Assembly (NCBI GenBank): GCA_964606645.1
Contig: CAZSIZ010000001.1
Location: 1-61,411 of the forward strand
Length of the DNA stretch: 61,411 nt
Direction of reading: 5' to 3'
Origin: an uncultured bacterium
GTDB taxonomy: Bacteria > Hinthialibacterota > Hinthialibacteria > Hinthialibacterales > Hinthialibacteraceae
The position numbers were made by a program, and so were the translations under genes. The first letter of the stretch is position 1. Each line of letters opens with the position of its first letter. The notes beneath the pieces are model-generated. The model saw only the letters and a program-made list of their open reading frames with translations, made no database searches and was not told the origin of the DNA. This document shows positions 9,775-19,341 of this stretch, one piece after another.

Positions 9775-10056
9775 TTAGTTAATAACTCTCATAAAAATGT
9801 TGATGACTATTATAATCCCGATACCGATACAAAACTCGGCAAGAATCGGTTTCCATTTCTTCTGTTCAGAGAGTGAAAAGTATTCCCTGACGTTATCTTT
9901 GAAAAAATGACTGAATAGAAGAGCGTGGACATAAATTTTAAATATATGCTTCATGTAGTATTGCGACGGGCTTCGTGACATATTGGCAATTTCTTCTGGA
10001 TCGGCAGGATTCAATGTCATATAAATTGTGAATAATGTGACGACATTCCCTAACAT
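9775..10056 (-). CDS. small hypothetical protein with one C-terminal TM helix, in an AT-rich islet
   Basis: 93-codon ORF. Its ATG at 10054-10056 directly follows the TAA of the upstream ORF in the same frame. The region is visibly AT-rich compared with its flanks. Confidence 0.45.
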   Translation of the reverse strand: MLGNVVTLFTIYMTLNPADPEEIANMSRSPSQYYMKHIFKIYVHALLFSHFFKDNVREYFSLSEQKKWKPILAEFCIGIGIIIVINIFMRVIN

Positions 10057-10344
10057 TTAATACATACAGTACAAACTGCCTAAGTACCATCCCCATTTCC
10101 TTCCTATCCACATACCGATTCCGGCAGCGACAGAAAATCCACCTAAAACGGAAAGTAGTACGACAAGTTTTATTGGTGTAAGGCCAAACATGCTGAGAGA
10201 TTGTTTTGCATTCGGATTATCAAGGCTGCCTATGCCTAATAAAAAAGCAATTACTCCTCCGACTCCACCGACAATGAAAAGAAAGGAGAGAATCGATATT
10301 CCAATCGGACGTTTGCGTTCTTCCATTCTCATCTCCTGGATCAA
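10057..10344 (-). CDS. small membrane protein (about 3 TM helices), in an AT-rich islet
   Basis: 95-codon ORF with hydrophobic helices ISILSFLFIVGGVGGVIAFLLGI and LVVLLSVLGGFSVAAGIGMWI. Same frame as ORF 9775..10056. Confidence 0.5.
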   Translation of the reverse strand: MIQEMRMEERKRPIGISILSFLFIVGGVGGVIAFLLGIGSLDNPNAKQSLSMFGLTPIKLVVLLSVLGGFSVAAGIGMWIGRKWGWYLGSLYCMY

Positions 10345-10419
10345 ATAGAAAACGACATGTGGGTATAAATTATGGAAAGTTATGGTTTTGATTTACAGTA
10401 ATACGTTTTAGGCATCACA

Positions 10420-11922
10420 CTAAAATCGCCATTTTACTCCAACATTAGGGAACATTTCATCCGTTAAATCCTGAATCCCACCCACAAGGGACAAGTGTTC
10501 CCAAAGGAGAAATTCCGAATAAGCATCGAGGCGTTCCTCATTGTTATCGGTCAATCCAATCCCTTCGATTCCGATAAGAAATCGATCCCAAATCTGCCAA
10601 TCGACACCAAGACCGATCTCGGATTCGATCATCCCACCGTGAAAGATCAGCTGTTCCCAGCGAAATCCCAACTGCGCCTCCAGTTCGGTAGACGCCCCCA
10701 CGTTATTGCCACCGATATAGGTAAAAAGCCGTTCGTTGATATCGTAGGACACGCCGAAGTCCACACGAAAATCATTATCGTCCCGGTCGAACCGGGGTCG
10801 GCCGGAAAAATACCGAAATTCCACTTCGAAACCGAACCGTTTCTTGAAATCGGAAACGCCGGTCAGATAGCCGGACACTTGGGTTACGGTCTCTTTGGCC
10901 GCCTGGGAAAATTCCTTGTCATAGATGAGATCGTGAACCATCCCCTCTTCATTCTCAATCTGATAGAGCATCGAATCCACCCGGTCCGAAACGGTCCGCG
11001 CGTTATCCGAAAACTCTTTCAAGTTTTTAATCGTGTTTTGAATCTCAGGATGGCTTTCGTCGATAAGGTTTCCGACTTTGGCGATCATCCGATCGGCGTT
11101 ATCCAGAGAGCCTTCCAATTTCACGGCTAACGAGTTGAGTTGTTTGGTGATACCGTTCAAATCTTCAACCAGATTCTCACGAAGAGACTCCGATAGTTCC
11201 GAAGTATTTTTAAGTGTTTTCGTCAGGTAAGGTTTATTTTCATTGACGACATCGTGCGCGTCGGTGATGAACAGTTCGGCGGTCGCAATGAGCGAGACCA
11301 GATTGGCCGACGCCGCCTCGGCGTTCACCATGATATGGTCGAGCCGGTTTTCCTCGCCACCCAGTACGGAATTGATATCTTTGGAAAATTGTTCGAGGTT
11401 ATTGATTAAATTGACGATGTTCTCTTGTAATTTCTCGTCGCCCAATATTTTGTTGATGTTCTGCACGGTTTCACGCACGTCATCGGTCAGGGTCAGGGCG
11501 GTTTCAATCACTTGGGTCAACTCGTAAGGCCCCTGGCCGTCGATGCGGGATCCTTCTTCCAGTTCCTCCAGAGAGCCGAAAGTAATTTCAACGTATTTCT
11601 CACCCATCATGCCCAGAGTCTGGATCGACGCTCTGGAGTCTTGCGAGATGATCGCCTCTTCGGATACACGAACCTCGACGATCACATAGACGGTCGGTTT
11701 CTCACCACCCTGTTTTTTCACATAGATTTTATCCACTTCGCCTATGTTGAATCCGGCCTGTTTGACCGGCGCCCCCACTTCGAGCGTCCCCATATCGGTG
11801 AAGTAGATAAGATAGAGCCGTTGTTCTCCTGCAAAGAACCGGCTTCCCATGTTCACGGTAAAAAACATGAACACGACGATCACGATAATGACGAACAATC
11901 CCAATCTCGCTTCGTTACTCAT
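10420..11922 (-). CDS. mlaD: long MlaD/MCE-domain protein with helical linker and beta-barrel-like C-terminus
   Basis: N-terminal TM helix LGLFVIIVIVVFMFFTV. MCE domain (YLIYFTDMGTLEVGAPVKQAGFNIGEVDKIYV). About 200 aa of helical, repeat-like sequence follows. The last ~130 aa alternate hydrophobic and polar residues and end in ...VGVKWRF. Confidence 0.8.
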   Translation of the reverse strand: MSNEARLGLFVIIVIVVFMFFTVNMGSRFFAGEQRLYLIYFTDMGTLEVGAPVKQAGFNIGEVDKIYVKKQGGEKPTVYVIVEVRVSEEAIISQDSRASIQTLGMMGEKYVEITFGSLEELEEGSRIDGQGPYELTQVIETALTLTDDVRETVQNINKILGDEKLQENIVNLINNLEQFSKDINSVLGGEENRLDHIMVNAEAASANLVSLIATAELFITDAHDVVNENKPYLTKTLKNTSELSESLRENLVEDLNGITKQLNSLAVKLEGSLDNADRMIAKVGNLIDESHPEIQNTIKNLKEFSDNARTVSDRVDSMLYQIENEEGMVHDLIYDKEFSQAAKETVTQVSGYLTGVSDFKKRFGFEVEFRYFSGRPRFDRDDNDFRVDFGVSYDINERLFTYIGGNNVGASTELEAQLGFRWEQLIFHGGMIESEIGLGVDWQIWDRFLIGIEGIGLTDNNEERLDAYSEFLLWEHLSLVGGIQDLTDEMFPNVGVKWRF

Positions 11923-11944
11923 AGCGCCTTATCTCTTTCGTAAT

Positions 11945-12019
11945 CCCCTCTCCCTCTTGGAGAGGGTGTACATCGCGTCGCGCCGCAGGCTGACACGATG
12001 CTTTTAAGGGTGAGGGTGG
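11945..12019 (+). repeat. ~75-nt structured intergenic repeat, copy A
   Basis: CCCCTCTCCCTC...TACATCGCGTCGCGCCGCAGGCTGACACGATGCTTTTAAGGGTGAGGGTGG aligns with 38903-38973 over about 70 nt with few mismatches. It lies between mlaF and mlaD. Confidence 0.6.
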
Positions 12020-12080
12020 CAATGCAAAAGCGTATCGATAATTCAAAGACTCATTTAAGAGTTAGACAAAAAGTTTAAAG

Positions 12081-12893
12081 TTACAAATTCGACAACGGTC
12101 CTTCCGATTTCCCTTGAATGAATTGCTGGATAATCGCGTTATCGGTTGCCCTGATCGCTTCGGTCGTCCCGGTATAGATAATATTGCCTTCAAAGAGCAT
12201 CGAGATTTGACTGGCGATACTGAAGGCGCTCACCATGTCGTGTGTAATCACCACCGACGTGACTTTCAATTCCTTGGCTAAGTGGTTGATCAACTCGTTG
12301 ATCGCACACGCCGTGACCGGATCGAGTCCCGTTGTCGGTTCGTCGTAAAGCAGAATTTTTGGATTCTGGATAATCGCGCGTGCCAGACCGACCCGCTTCT
12401 TCATCCCGCCCGACAGTTCCGACGGCATTGTCTCCAGGATGTCACCCAGGCGCACCATCCGCAGCGTCTCCATCACACGATCGCGAATCTCATTTTCGGG
12501 TAATTGGCCTTCTTCGTATAACGCGAATCCGACGTTGTGCAGCACGTCGAGCGAATCGAACAGCGCCGCGTATTGGAACAGCATCCCCACTTTCCGCCGA
12601 AGGGGATACAGGCTTCCTTCGCTCAATTGTGAAATGTTTTCTCCGTCGACGTAAATCGCTCCCCGATCCGGACGAAGCAAGCCGCAGATATGTTTAATCA
12701 GGACGCTTTTGCCTTCGCCGCTGCGTCCGATAATCACGCGGGTCTCACCGGGCGCGATGGCCAGACTCGTGCCGGCGAGGATTTGTTTTTCCCCCAGCTG
12801 CTTATGCACGTCCACAAAACGGACCATTTCACCGTTGAGGTGTACCGAAGCGTCCCGCGAAACCGGGTCTATGGGAACATGAGTACAATCCAT
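12081..12893 (-). CDS. mlaF: ABC transporter ATP-binding protein MlaF
   Basis: Walker A GRSGEGKS, signature LSGGMKKR, Walker B ILLYDEPT. ATG 12893 overlaps mlaE by 25 nt. The alternative ATG is 12827 (MVRFVDVHK...). Confidence 0.9.
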   Translation of the reverse strand: MDCTHVPIDPVSRDASVHLNGEMVRFVDVHKQLGEKQILAGTSLAIAPGETRVIIGRSGEGKSVLIKHICGLLRPDRGAIYVDGENISQLSEGSLYPLRRKVGMLFQYAALFDSLDVLHNVGFALYEEGQLPENEIRDRVMETLRMVRLGDILETMPSELSGGMKKRVGLARAIIQNPKILLYDEPTTGLDPVTACAINELINHLAKELKVTSVVITHDMVSAFSIASQISMLFEGNIIYTGTTEAIRATDNAIIQQFIQGKSEGPLSNL

Positions 12894-13696
12894 GATGTTA
12901 AAAAGAAATTCGCGATCAGAATCAGAATCGAGGCGGTTACCACGGCTTGAGTCGTCGATTCGCCGACGCCTTCCGCGCCGAAACCCGTTTCAAAACCCCG
13001 GTAACAACCCACGATGGCCACGATCATGCCAAAGAAGATCGTCTTGAACAATCCGCTCAGATAATCCGTCAAGGTAAGCCAGTTCCAGATATTCGTGATA
13101 TACAGTCCCGGTGTTATTTGCAAAATCGTCACACCCACGATGAATCCCCCCCCGATCCCCACCGCAATCGCGAGAATGCAGAGCGTGGGAAACATGATCG
13201 TCGCCGCAATAAAACGGGGCACGACCAGATAACTGACCGGATTGGTCCCCAGCGTTTTCATGGCGTCGATCTGCTCCGTAACTTTCATCGTGCCGATCTC
13301 GGCCGCAATCCCGGCGGCAACCCGCCCCGCCAGCACGACCGACGTCAACACCGGCCCGATCTCGCGGGAAAAGCTGATAGCGGATATCCCGCTGGCATAG
13401 ATTTTCATCCCCAGCGGCTTCAGCTGGATGCCGGTCTGCAGTACAAGCACCATCCCGGTAAATGCGGCCGTCAGCAGCGCGATGGGAACCGACATCACCC
13501 CGATATTCACCATCTGATCGACAATCAAACGAATCCGGAATGGACGACGGAAACAGAGTGCCACCGTCTGACAATAAAGCGATGCCAACCGGCCTACCCC
13601 CTCGAATAATTCAATGGTGTGATGACCGATTTCCTTCAGTATGGAACCACGCTTTTTCCGATTCACGGTTGCAGCAATCCTTTCGGATTTATTCAA
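12869..13696 (-). CDS. mlaE: ABC transporter permease MlaE
   Basis: Typical MlaE/YrbE layout: REIGPVLTSVVLAGRVAAGIAAEIGTMKVTEQIDAM plus 5-6 TM helices. Confidence 0.9.
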   Translation of the reverse strand: MNKSERIAATVNRKKRGSILKEIGHHTIELFEGVGRLASLYCQTVALCFRRPFRIRLIVDQMVNIGVMSVPIALLTAAFTGMVLVLQTGIQLKPLGMKIYASGISAISFSREIGPVLTSVVLAGRVAAGIAAEIGTMKVTEQIDAMKTLGTNPVSYLVVPRFIAATIMFPTLCILAIAVGIGGGFIVGVTILQITPGLYITNIWNWLTLTDYLSGLFKTIFFGMIVAIVGCYRGFETGFGAEGVGESTTQAVVTASILILIANFFLTSWIVLMFP

Positions 13697-13716
13697 TGCA
13701 ATGATAGTCCGTCAGA

Positions 13717-14655
13717 CTACGCTTCTTCCGCTTTTTGTTCATCCACATATTTGATCGCGGCACACGCAGCAGTCACCCCATCGCCGACGGAACTGGCCAT
13801 CTGACGCGCCGCTTCGGTCCGGCAGTCCCCACAGGCGAACAGCCCGAGTGTTTGGGTTCGCATGGATAGATCGACTTGGATCAATCCATGTTCGTCGAGA
13901 TCCGCCAGATTCTTGAACAGCGCCGTGTTGGGAATATGGCCGACGAAGATAAACACCCCGTTGATAGGATGTTCCTTCGTCTCGCCGGTCTTAACATTTT
14001 TCAGAACGGCTCCCTTCACCACTCCCTCGCTGACGATCTCGACGGGAACCGAGTCCCAGATAAAATCGATCTTCTCGTGCGCGAATGCGCGTTCCTGGAG
14101 AATTTTACTGGCGCGCAGCTGGTCCCGCCGGTGAACGATCGTCACATTCGAGGCAAACCGGGTAAGGAACATCGCCTCTTCGACCGCCGCGTCTCCCCCG
14201 CCGATAACGATCACGCGCTTGTTCCGAAAAAACGCACCGTCGCAGGTCGCGCAATAGGAAACACCCATCCCGACGTTCTGATCTTCGCCGGGGATCCCCA
14301 GTTTGCGTGGATCGGCCCCCGTCGCGCAGATCAAGGCGCGTGTTTCATACGCTTTCTTATCAGCAGTAACCGTAAACGTCTTGCCATTTCGCCGGATATC
14401 CGTCACGGTGGCGTTCGTGAATTTCGCCTCGAACTTCTCCGCCTGTTTCTCAAGCAGGCCGGCCAATTCCGATCCGGAAAGCGGTTCGGGAAAGCCGGGA
14501 TAGTTCTCAACGGCGTCGGTCAGCGTGATCTGCCCGCCGGACGGCCCCTTTTCAATCACCAAGGTATCCAGGCGTCCTCTCGCCGTATAGATCGAAGCAG
14601 CCAATCCCGCCGGACCGGCGCCGATAATGATGCAGTCGTGTAAAGCGTTATTCAT
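13717..14655 (-). CDS. trxB: thioredoxin-disulfide reductase
   Basis: FAD motif IIGAGPAG, redox-active CATCDG, NADPH motif GGGDAAVEEA. Confidence 0.95.
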   Translation of the reverse strand: MNNALHDCIIIGAGPAGLAASIYTARGRLDTLVIEKGPSGGQITLTDAVENYPGFPEPLSGSELAGLLEKQAEKFEAKFTNATVTDIRRNGKTFTVTADKKAYETRALICATGADPRKLGIPGEDQNVGMGVSYCATCDGAFFRNKRVIVIGGGDAAVEEAMFLTRFASNVTIVHRRDQLRASKILQERAFAHEKIDFIWDSVPVEIVSEGVVKGAVLKNVKTGETKEHPINGVFIFVGHIPNTALFKNLADLDEHGLIQVDLSMRTQTLGLFACGDCRTEAARQMASSVGDGVTAACAAIKYVDEQKAEEA

Positions 14656-15006
14656 AGTTTCCCTGTCTCCTCTGCCGAGTGCTTTTTCACCAAATATAAC
14701 GAATGTGAAACCATTGTATCTCCGAATCCGTGGATTGGCTACTCACTAAAACCATCCTCTCACCAAATCGACGAGCACTCATCCCGGCGGGCTTCCAATC
14801 TCTCCCCATTTATATGAAAATGGTGACATTCGTTTTGGCCTTATCCGTATATTGTATACTCGTAATATGTTTATGTCAATACAAATCATAGGTAAATATC
14901 ATATTTTTTCATTGAACTAAAAAACCGGCCTTTAATTTCGACGGCCGATTCGATGACTCCATTCAAAATAACAGCAGATATACCCAATGACAAAGGAGCG
15001 AATACC

Positions 15007-16596
15007 ATGATCGATCGCACAGCACTGATCGCAATATTACTGATGGCGCTGACCGTTCCAGCCGTTCAAGCCGAAGAGACGGACGATGTCTTTCTTCAGG
15101 CGGAACGCAACGGCGTACAGGCGCAGAGCGCGTTTCGTCATTGCTTGAAATTCGTCCACGGTTGGCTCGGACATCGCGATCCAGCCTCCGGCCTGATCCC
15201 ACGCAATCTCACGAAATCTCCCTACTGGAACGCGAGAGATTCCGCCGCCGATAACTACCCGTTCATGGTCTTGACCTGCGCCATGCTCGACCGAAACCTG
15301 TATCACACGACGATGTTCGAGATGCTACAGAACGAAATCCGGCTCACCAACCGGTTGGACAATCTTCCCGACGATTTTCTGTTCGCGACCCAGACGTTCC
15401 GCACGAAAAATTACAAATTGGACGACTTGATCTTCGGTGGTTCCGAATACGTGAAGGACGGCCTGATCCCCCTGACGGAATGGCTTGGGCCGACTCACTG
15501 GTCGGGGCGCATGATCGCCATCATGGACTCGATCTGGAAACACGCTCCCATCGACACGCCCTACGGCAAGATTCCCTCCACGAACGGAGAGATCAACGGC
15601 GAACAGCTGCAGGTCCTCTCACGCCTGTATTGGATGACTCACGACGAGCGCTATAAGGAATGGGCCTTCCGGCTGGCGGATTATTATTTCCTGGATCATC
15701 TGCCGACGGATAGCGAGCGATTGAGTTTGGACGATCACGGTTGTGAAATCATCGGCGGCCTGGCGGGCGTCTATTTCCTGGCCTCACAAACCGATCCCCA
15801 GCGCCGCGAGAAATACCGGGAACCGATCTACCGCATGTTGGACTGCATCTTGGAAAAGGGAATGAACGAAGACGGTCTCTTCCACATGGTTTTCAATCCC
15901 AAAACGGGAGAAATCCTAAAGGAAGAGCTGACTGACAACTGGGGCTACGACTACAACGCCTTCCTCAACGTCGGCATGTTGGATGAGAAGCAGGAATACC
16001 TCGACGCGGTCCGCCACGTTCTGAACCGCGTCATCGATTACGTCGCTTATCCCTGGGAAGGCGGCGGCGCGGACGGTTTCGCCGATTCCATCGAAGGCGG
16101 GCTGAACCTGCTCAACCGCGTTCCCGTCGATAGCGGTTTCGAGTGGGTCGACCGGAGTACCGGTACCTTGCTGAAAAAACAGCGTGACGACGGAGTCATC
16201 GAGGGATGGCACGGCGACGGCAATTACGCCCGAACCGCCCTGATGTTCGCGTTATGGAAGACCCAAGGCACACTGGCCCAGCCGTGGCGAGCCGATCTCT
16301 CTATCGGCGCGGTCGAGAAAGACGGCACGCTCTGCCTCTCGGTGCAAGGCGACTGGAAATGGTCGGGCACAATCAAATTCGACCGCCCGCGCCATCGGGA
16401 TTATTTTAACCTCCCCGTCGATTACCCCCGGATCAACCAGTTCCCCGAATGGTTCACGGTGGAAGCGGAAAAAACCTATTCGGTCAAAATCGGAACGCAG
16501 CCGGTGAAGACAGTAAAAGGAACCAATTTGCTGAAAGGTCTGCCCATTCGCATCGAAAAGGAAATCCCGCTCCATATCACCGTCTCTGCCGATTGA
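15007..16596 (+). CDS. exported hypothetical protein (alpha-helical, possibly alpha/alpha-toroid enzyme)
   Basis: ORF 14953..16596 trimmed to ATG 15007, which has an AAAGGAG RBS. Signal MIDRTALIAILLMALTVPAVQA/EE. No family recognised. Confidence 0.7.
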   Translation: MIDRTALIAILLMALTVPAVQAEETDDVFLQAERNGVQAQSAFRHCLKFVHGWLGHRDPASGLIPRNLTKSPYWNARDSAADNYPFMVLTCAMLDRNLYHTTMFEMLQNEIRLTNRLDNLPDDFLFATQTFRTKNYKLDDLIFGGSEYVKDGLIPLTEWLGPTHWSGRMIAIMDSIWKHAPIDTPYGKIPSTNGEINGEQLQVLSRLYWMTHDERYKEWAFRLADYYFLDHLPTDSERLSLDDHGCEIIGGLAGVYFLASQTDPQRREKYREPIYRMLDCILEKGMNEDGLFHMVFNPKTGEILKEELTDNWGYDYNAFLNVGMLDEKQEYLDAVRHVLNRVIDYVAYPWEGGGADGFADSIEGGLNLLNRVPVDSGFEWVDRSTGTLLKKQRDDGVIEGWHGDGNYARTALMFALWKTQGTLAQPWRADLSIGAVEKDGTLCLSVQGDWKWSGTIKFDRPRHRDYFNLPVDYPRINQFPEWFTVEAEKTYSVKIGTQPVKTVKGTNLLKGLPIRIEKEIPLHITVSAD

Positions 16597-16651
16597 TCGT
16601 AACCGGCAGACCTCCGATTCGATGATCCAATCCATTACCAAGGAAGAATAA

Positions 16652-18097
16652 ATGAACCGGTTCCTCCTCATTTCGATTGCTATACTGCTTACAAGCCTCG
16701 CCTTCGCCGCCCCCCAGCCCGTTCTTCAAAACGAGTCAGGTGTGCATCCGGTATCACTGACTCACGGACCGATGTTAGGGGATATGTCCGACTCGTCAGT
16801 GAATATATGGGTTCGGGCGGACAGGCCCTGCGAGTATGAGGTAATCGCATCACCTGAAAATGGTGGTAATGTGATAAAATCGGAAACAGTCCAGTTGAAG
16901 AAGTCGAATAACTTTTCTGGAAGCGCCCATCTAACGAATCTTTCTCCACAGACTCACTATCAATATGACATCTTTCTCAACCGTGAAAAAATCAATTCGC
17001 CGATCCAGCAGAAATTCCGCACATTCCCCGTATTGGGCGCGACCGGCGTCATCCGAATTGCTTTTGGTCATTCGCTTCCAAACGCAAAAGGCAGGCAAAT
17101 CACATGGCGCGCCATCCAATCGAAAAATCCCGGCCTGGTTCTTTTAATGGGAGATAATATCTACTCAAACGATACACGCCCGGAAGTACAACGGCGAATG
17201 TATCTCCAACATCGCGCCGATCCTCATTTCCGAGCGTTGGGTTCGACAACGCCGGTTTATGCAGTCTGGGACGATCATGATTATGGAAAGAATAACTCGG
17301 ATCGTACCCAAAAAGGAAAAGAACACTCGCTTAGAACATTTTTTGAAATCTGGCCGAATCCTTCAAGCCAGTCGAAAGACAATTCCGGTATTTGGACACG
17401 ATTCACGGTAGGACAATGTGAGTTTTGGCTGTTGGATGTTCGCTATCATCGCTCGCCGAACGACGATCCGGACGGTCCCGCTAAAACCATGCTGGGTGTG
17501 GAACAGAGGGAATGGCTACTTCGGACGCTCGACGAATCGACGGCGACTTTTAAATTCCTCGTTTCGGGAAGCAGTTGGCATTGCGGCGGAGTGGAAGCCT
17601 GGAACCATCAATTCCTACACGAGTACGATTCAATTCTATCTCATATCCGCACAAAAAAAATCACAGGCATCATCCTCCTCGGCGGCGATCAACATGCGTG
17701 TAAAGTGAGCGTTCGTCCAAGGGAATCGTGGGGAGGTTACGATCTGCACGAATGGATGGCCGGTCAACTTTGGAATGATGAATCCAAGCAGAAGCCGATC
17801 GGTTTTCCTCGCGCATTCGGGATGATTACGGTTGATACCCGGCTGAATCCACCGGCCGCAGCGTTGGAATTTTTCGATCAGTTCGGCAAACCTTATGAGG
17901 GAGTAAAAATTCCTTATACGGCTCCAGGTGCGCTGCGGGCGTTGTGGAACAGTCCCGCCGCCGAATTCGCAAAACCGCCCCGGTCGTCTGACGGTGAATT
18001 GCGTCCCCATACCTCCGGCCCGATCTGGGATGCACTGCCGAAAACAGCCGGATATACATTAACCCTGCGCGATCTCTCTTGGCCGGAGAATGAATGA
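16652..18097 (+). CDS. PhoD-like alkaline phosphatase / metallophosphatase
   Basis: Signal peptide MNRFLLISIAILLTSLAFA. Metallophosphatase motifs GDNIYSND, VWDDHDYG and GGDQH. AAGGAAG RBS. Confidence 0.85.
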   Translation: MNRFLLISIAILLTSLAFAAPQPVLQNESGVHPVSLTHGPMLGDMSDSSVNIWVRADRPCEYEVIASPENGGNVIKSETVQLKKSNNFSGSAHLTNLSPQTHYQYDIFLNREKINSPIQQKFRTFPVLGATGVIRIAFGHSLPNAKGRQITWRAIQSKNPGLVLLMGDNIYSNDTRPEVQRRMYLQHRADPHFRALGSTTPVYAVWDDHDYGKNNSDRTQKGKEHSLRTFFEIWPNPSSQSKDNSGIWTRFTVGQCEFWLLDVRYHRSPNDDPDGPAKTMLGVEQREWLLRTLDESTATFKFLVSGSSWHCGGVEAWNHQFLHEYDSILSHIRTKKITGIILLGGDQHACKVSVRPRESWGGYDLHEWMAGQLWNDESKQKPIGFPRAFGMITVDTRLNPPAAALEFFDQFGKPYEGVKIPYTAPGALRALWNSPAAEFAKPPRSSDGELRPHTSGPIWDALPKTAGYTLTLRDLSWPENE

Positions 18098-18175
18098 TTA
18101 CTCCCGGATCAACCAGTAATCCTGAATGCTTCACAATGGACCGATGGATAACGAAGAACAACAGGACACCCTTTT

Positions 18176-19048
18176 ATGCGTCATGTAACAGTATCGATAA
18201 TCTCTTTTTTCGCCGCTTTAATTCTCGTGATTCAAGCCATCCCGGCAGAACACGGCGTTCCAGCCTACCTGTGGTTGAAACAGCAGAAGCGTGATTACGA
18301 TCCTAGCCAGTCGATCGAACGTCGCATTCCCGTTCCCAGTGGATACCGAAGAGAAACCAGCGAGAATTTCTTCCAGCAATGGCTGAGACGTCTGCCGCTC
18401 AAGCAAGGCAAGCCTCCCGTTCGTCTCTATAATGGAACGCGAAAACCAAATCAAACCGCCCATCACGCCGTCATCGATATCGATGTGGGCCGGAAGAACT
18501 TACAGCAATGCGCTGATGCCGTGATCCGTCTGCGTGCGGAATTTCTCTATTCCATTCACGATTTCCCCGTCATCCATTTCAACTTCACCAGTGGAGACAG
18601 GATCGACTGGACCCGCTGGAGCCGTGGCGAGCGTCCGATGGTTCGCGGAAATAAGGTGCAGTGGAAGCAATCAGGAAAGACAGGAATCTCGTATCCCAAT
18701 TTCCGACACTATCTCGATACGATTTTTATGTACGCAGGTACTCTTTCATTGAGCAAGGAACTCAAACCCGTTCGGAATGTCGAAGAAATGGAAATCGGCG
18801 ATGTGTTTATCCAAGGCGGAACGCCAGGCCATGCAGTGATCGTCCTTGATATGGCTGCCAAACGGGACACGGGAAAAAAGTTGTTTCTGTTAGGTCAAAG
18901 TTACATGCCCGCCCAGGATATCCACGTGCTCAAGAATCCCGATAGCGACACCTTAAGTCCCTGGTATCCGGTCGATTTCGGTCAGACACTCCACATTCCC
19001 GAATGGACGTTTTCTAAAAACAATCTAATGCGGTTTAAGAATAAATAA
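18176..19048 (+). CDS. DUF4846-like exported protein
   Basis: N-terminal hydrophobic signal. The C-terminal motif GDVFIQGGTPGHAVIVLDMA recalls DUF4846 from memory. Confidence 0.65.
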   Translation: MRHVTVSIISFFAALILVIQAIPAEHGVPAYLWLKQQKRDYDPSQSIERRIPVPSGYRRETSENFFQQWLRRLPLKQGKPPVRLYNGTRKPNQTAHHAVIDIDVGRKNLQQCADAVIRLRAEFLYSIHDFPVIHFNFTSGDRIDWTRWSRGERPMVRGNKVQWKQSGKTGISYPNFRHYLDTIFMYAGTLSLSKELKPVRNVEEMEIGDVFIQGGTPGHAVIVLDMAAKRDTGKKLFLLGQSYMPAQDIHVLKNPDSDTLSPWYPVDFGQTLHIPEWTFSKNNLMRFKNK

Positions 19049-19057
19049 GCCTCTTCG

Positions 19058-19193
19058 CTATTTCAGGTTATCTGAGTTGAGACATTCCAGTTCGGGGATC
19101 ACGAAAAGCCCGTCTTTGCGGATCAACTTATCGTCGAAGTAAACCTCACCCCCGCCGAATTCAGGCCGTTGAATCAACACCAAATCCCAATGC
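19058..19193 (-). pseudogene. displaced 3'-terminal fragment (44 codons plus stop) of the M29 aminopeptidase gene
   Basis: Aligns without gaps to 19926-20061 at an offset of 868 nt. It encodes [44 protein letters not shown]. Homology stops at 19193, where a TAG lies in frame just upstream. Confidence 0.8.
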
Positions 19194-19312
19194 TATTCAG
19201 ATTATCAATATGAGATGGGAGCGGTGTGGCTATTTCTCGATATTTACACACATAAGTCATTCAAATAATTGGTGGAATCTTAATTTAGATTTTATAATTG
19301 ATTTTATAATTG

Positions 19313-19341
19313 TTGACAAAGTTCTATATTTATGGTAATTT
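19313..19341 (+). promoter_or_regulatory. sigma70-like promoter candidate for the islet ORF
   Basis: TTGACA (19313-19318), a 17-nt spacer, then TAATTT (19336-19341). A perfect 10-bp hairpin follows at 19355-19382 (ATGAAATGAG/CTCATTTCAT). Confidence 0.35.

Noticed and set aside
12947-13609. Long ORFs antisense to real genes: 12947..13609, 13876..14643, 20037..20801, 24496..25176, 32909..33652, 42035..42757, 44031..44585 and 54265..55089
   Set aside because: Each lies entirely opposite a gene with strong family motifs. Their translations are Arg/Pro/Gly-rich low-complexity sequences typical of shadow ORFs. None has an RBS or recognisable motifs.
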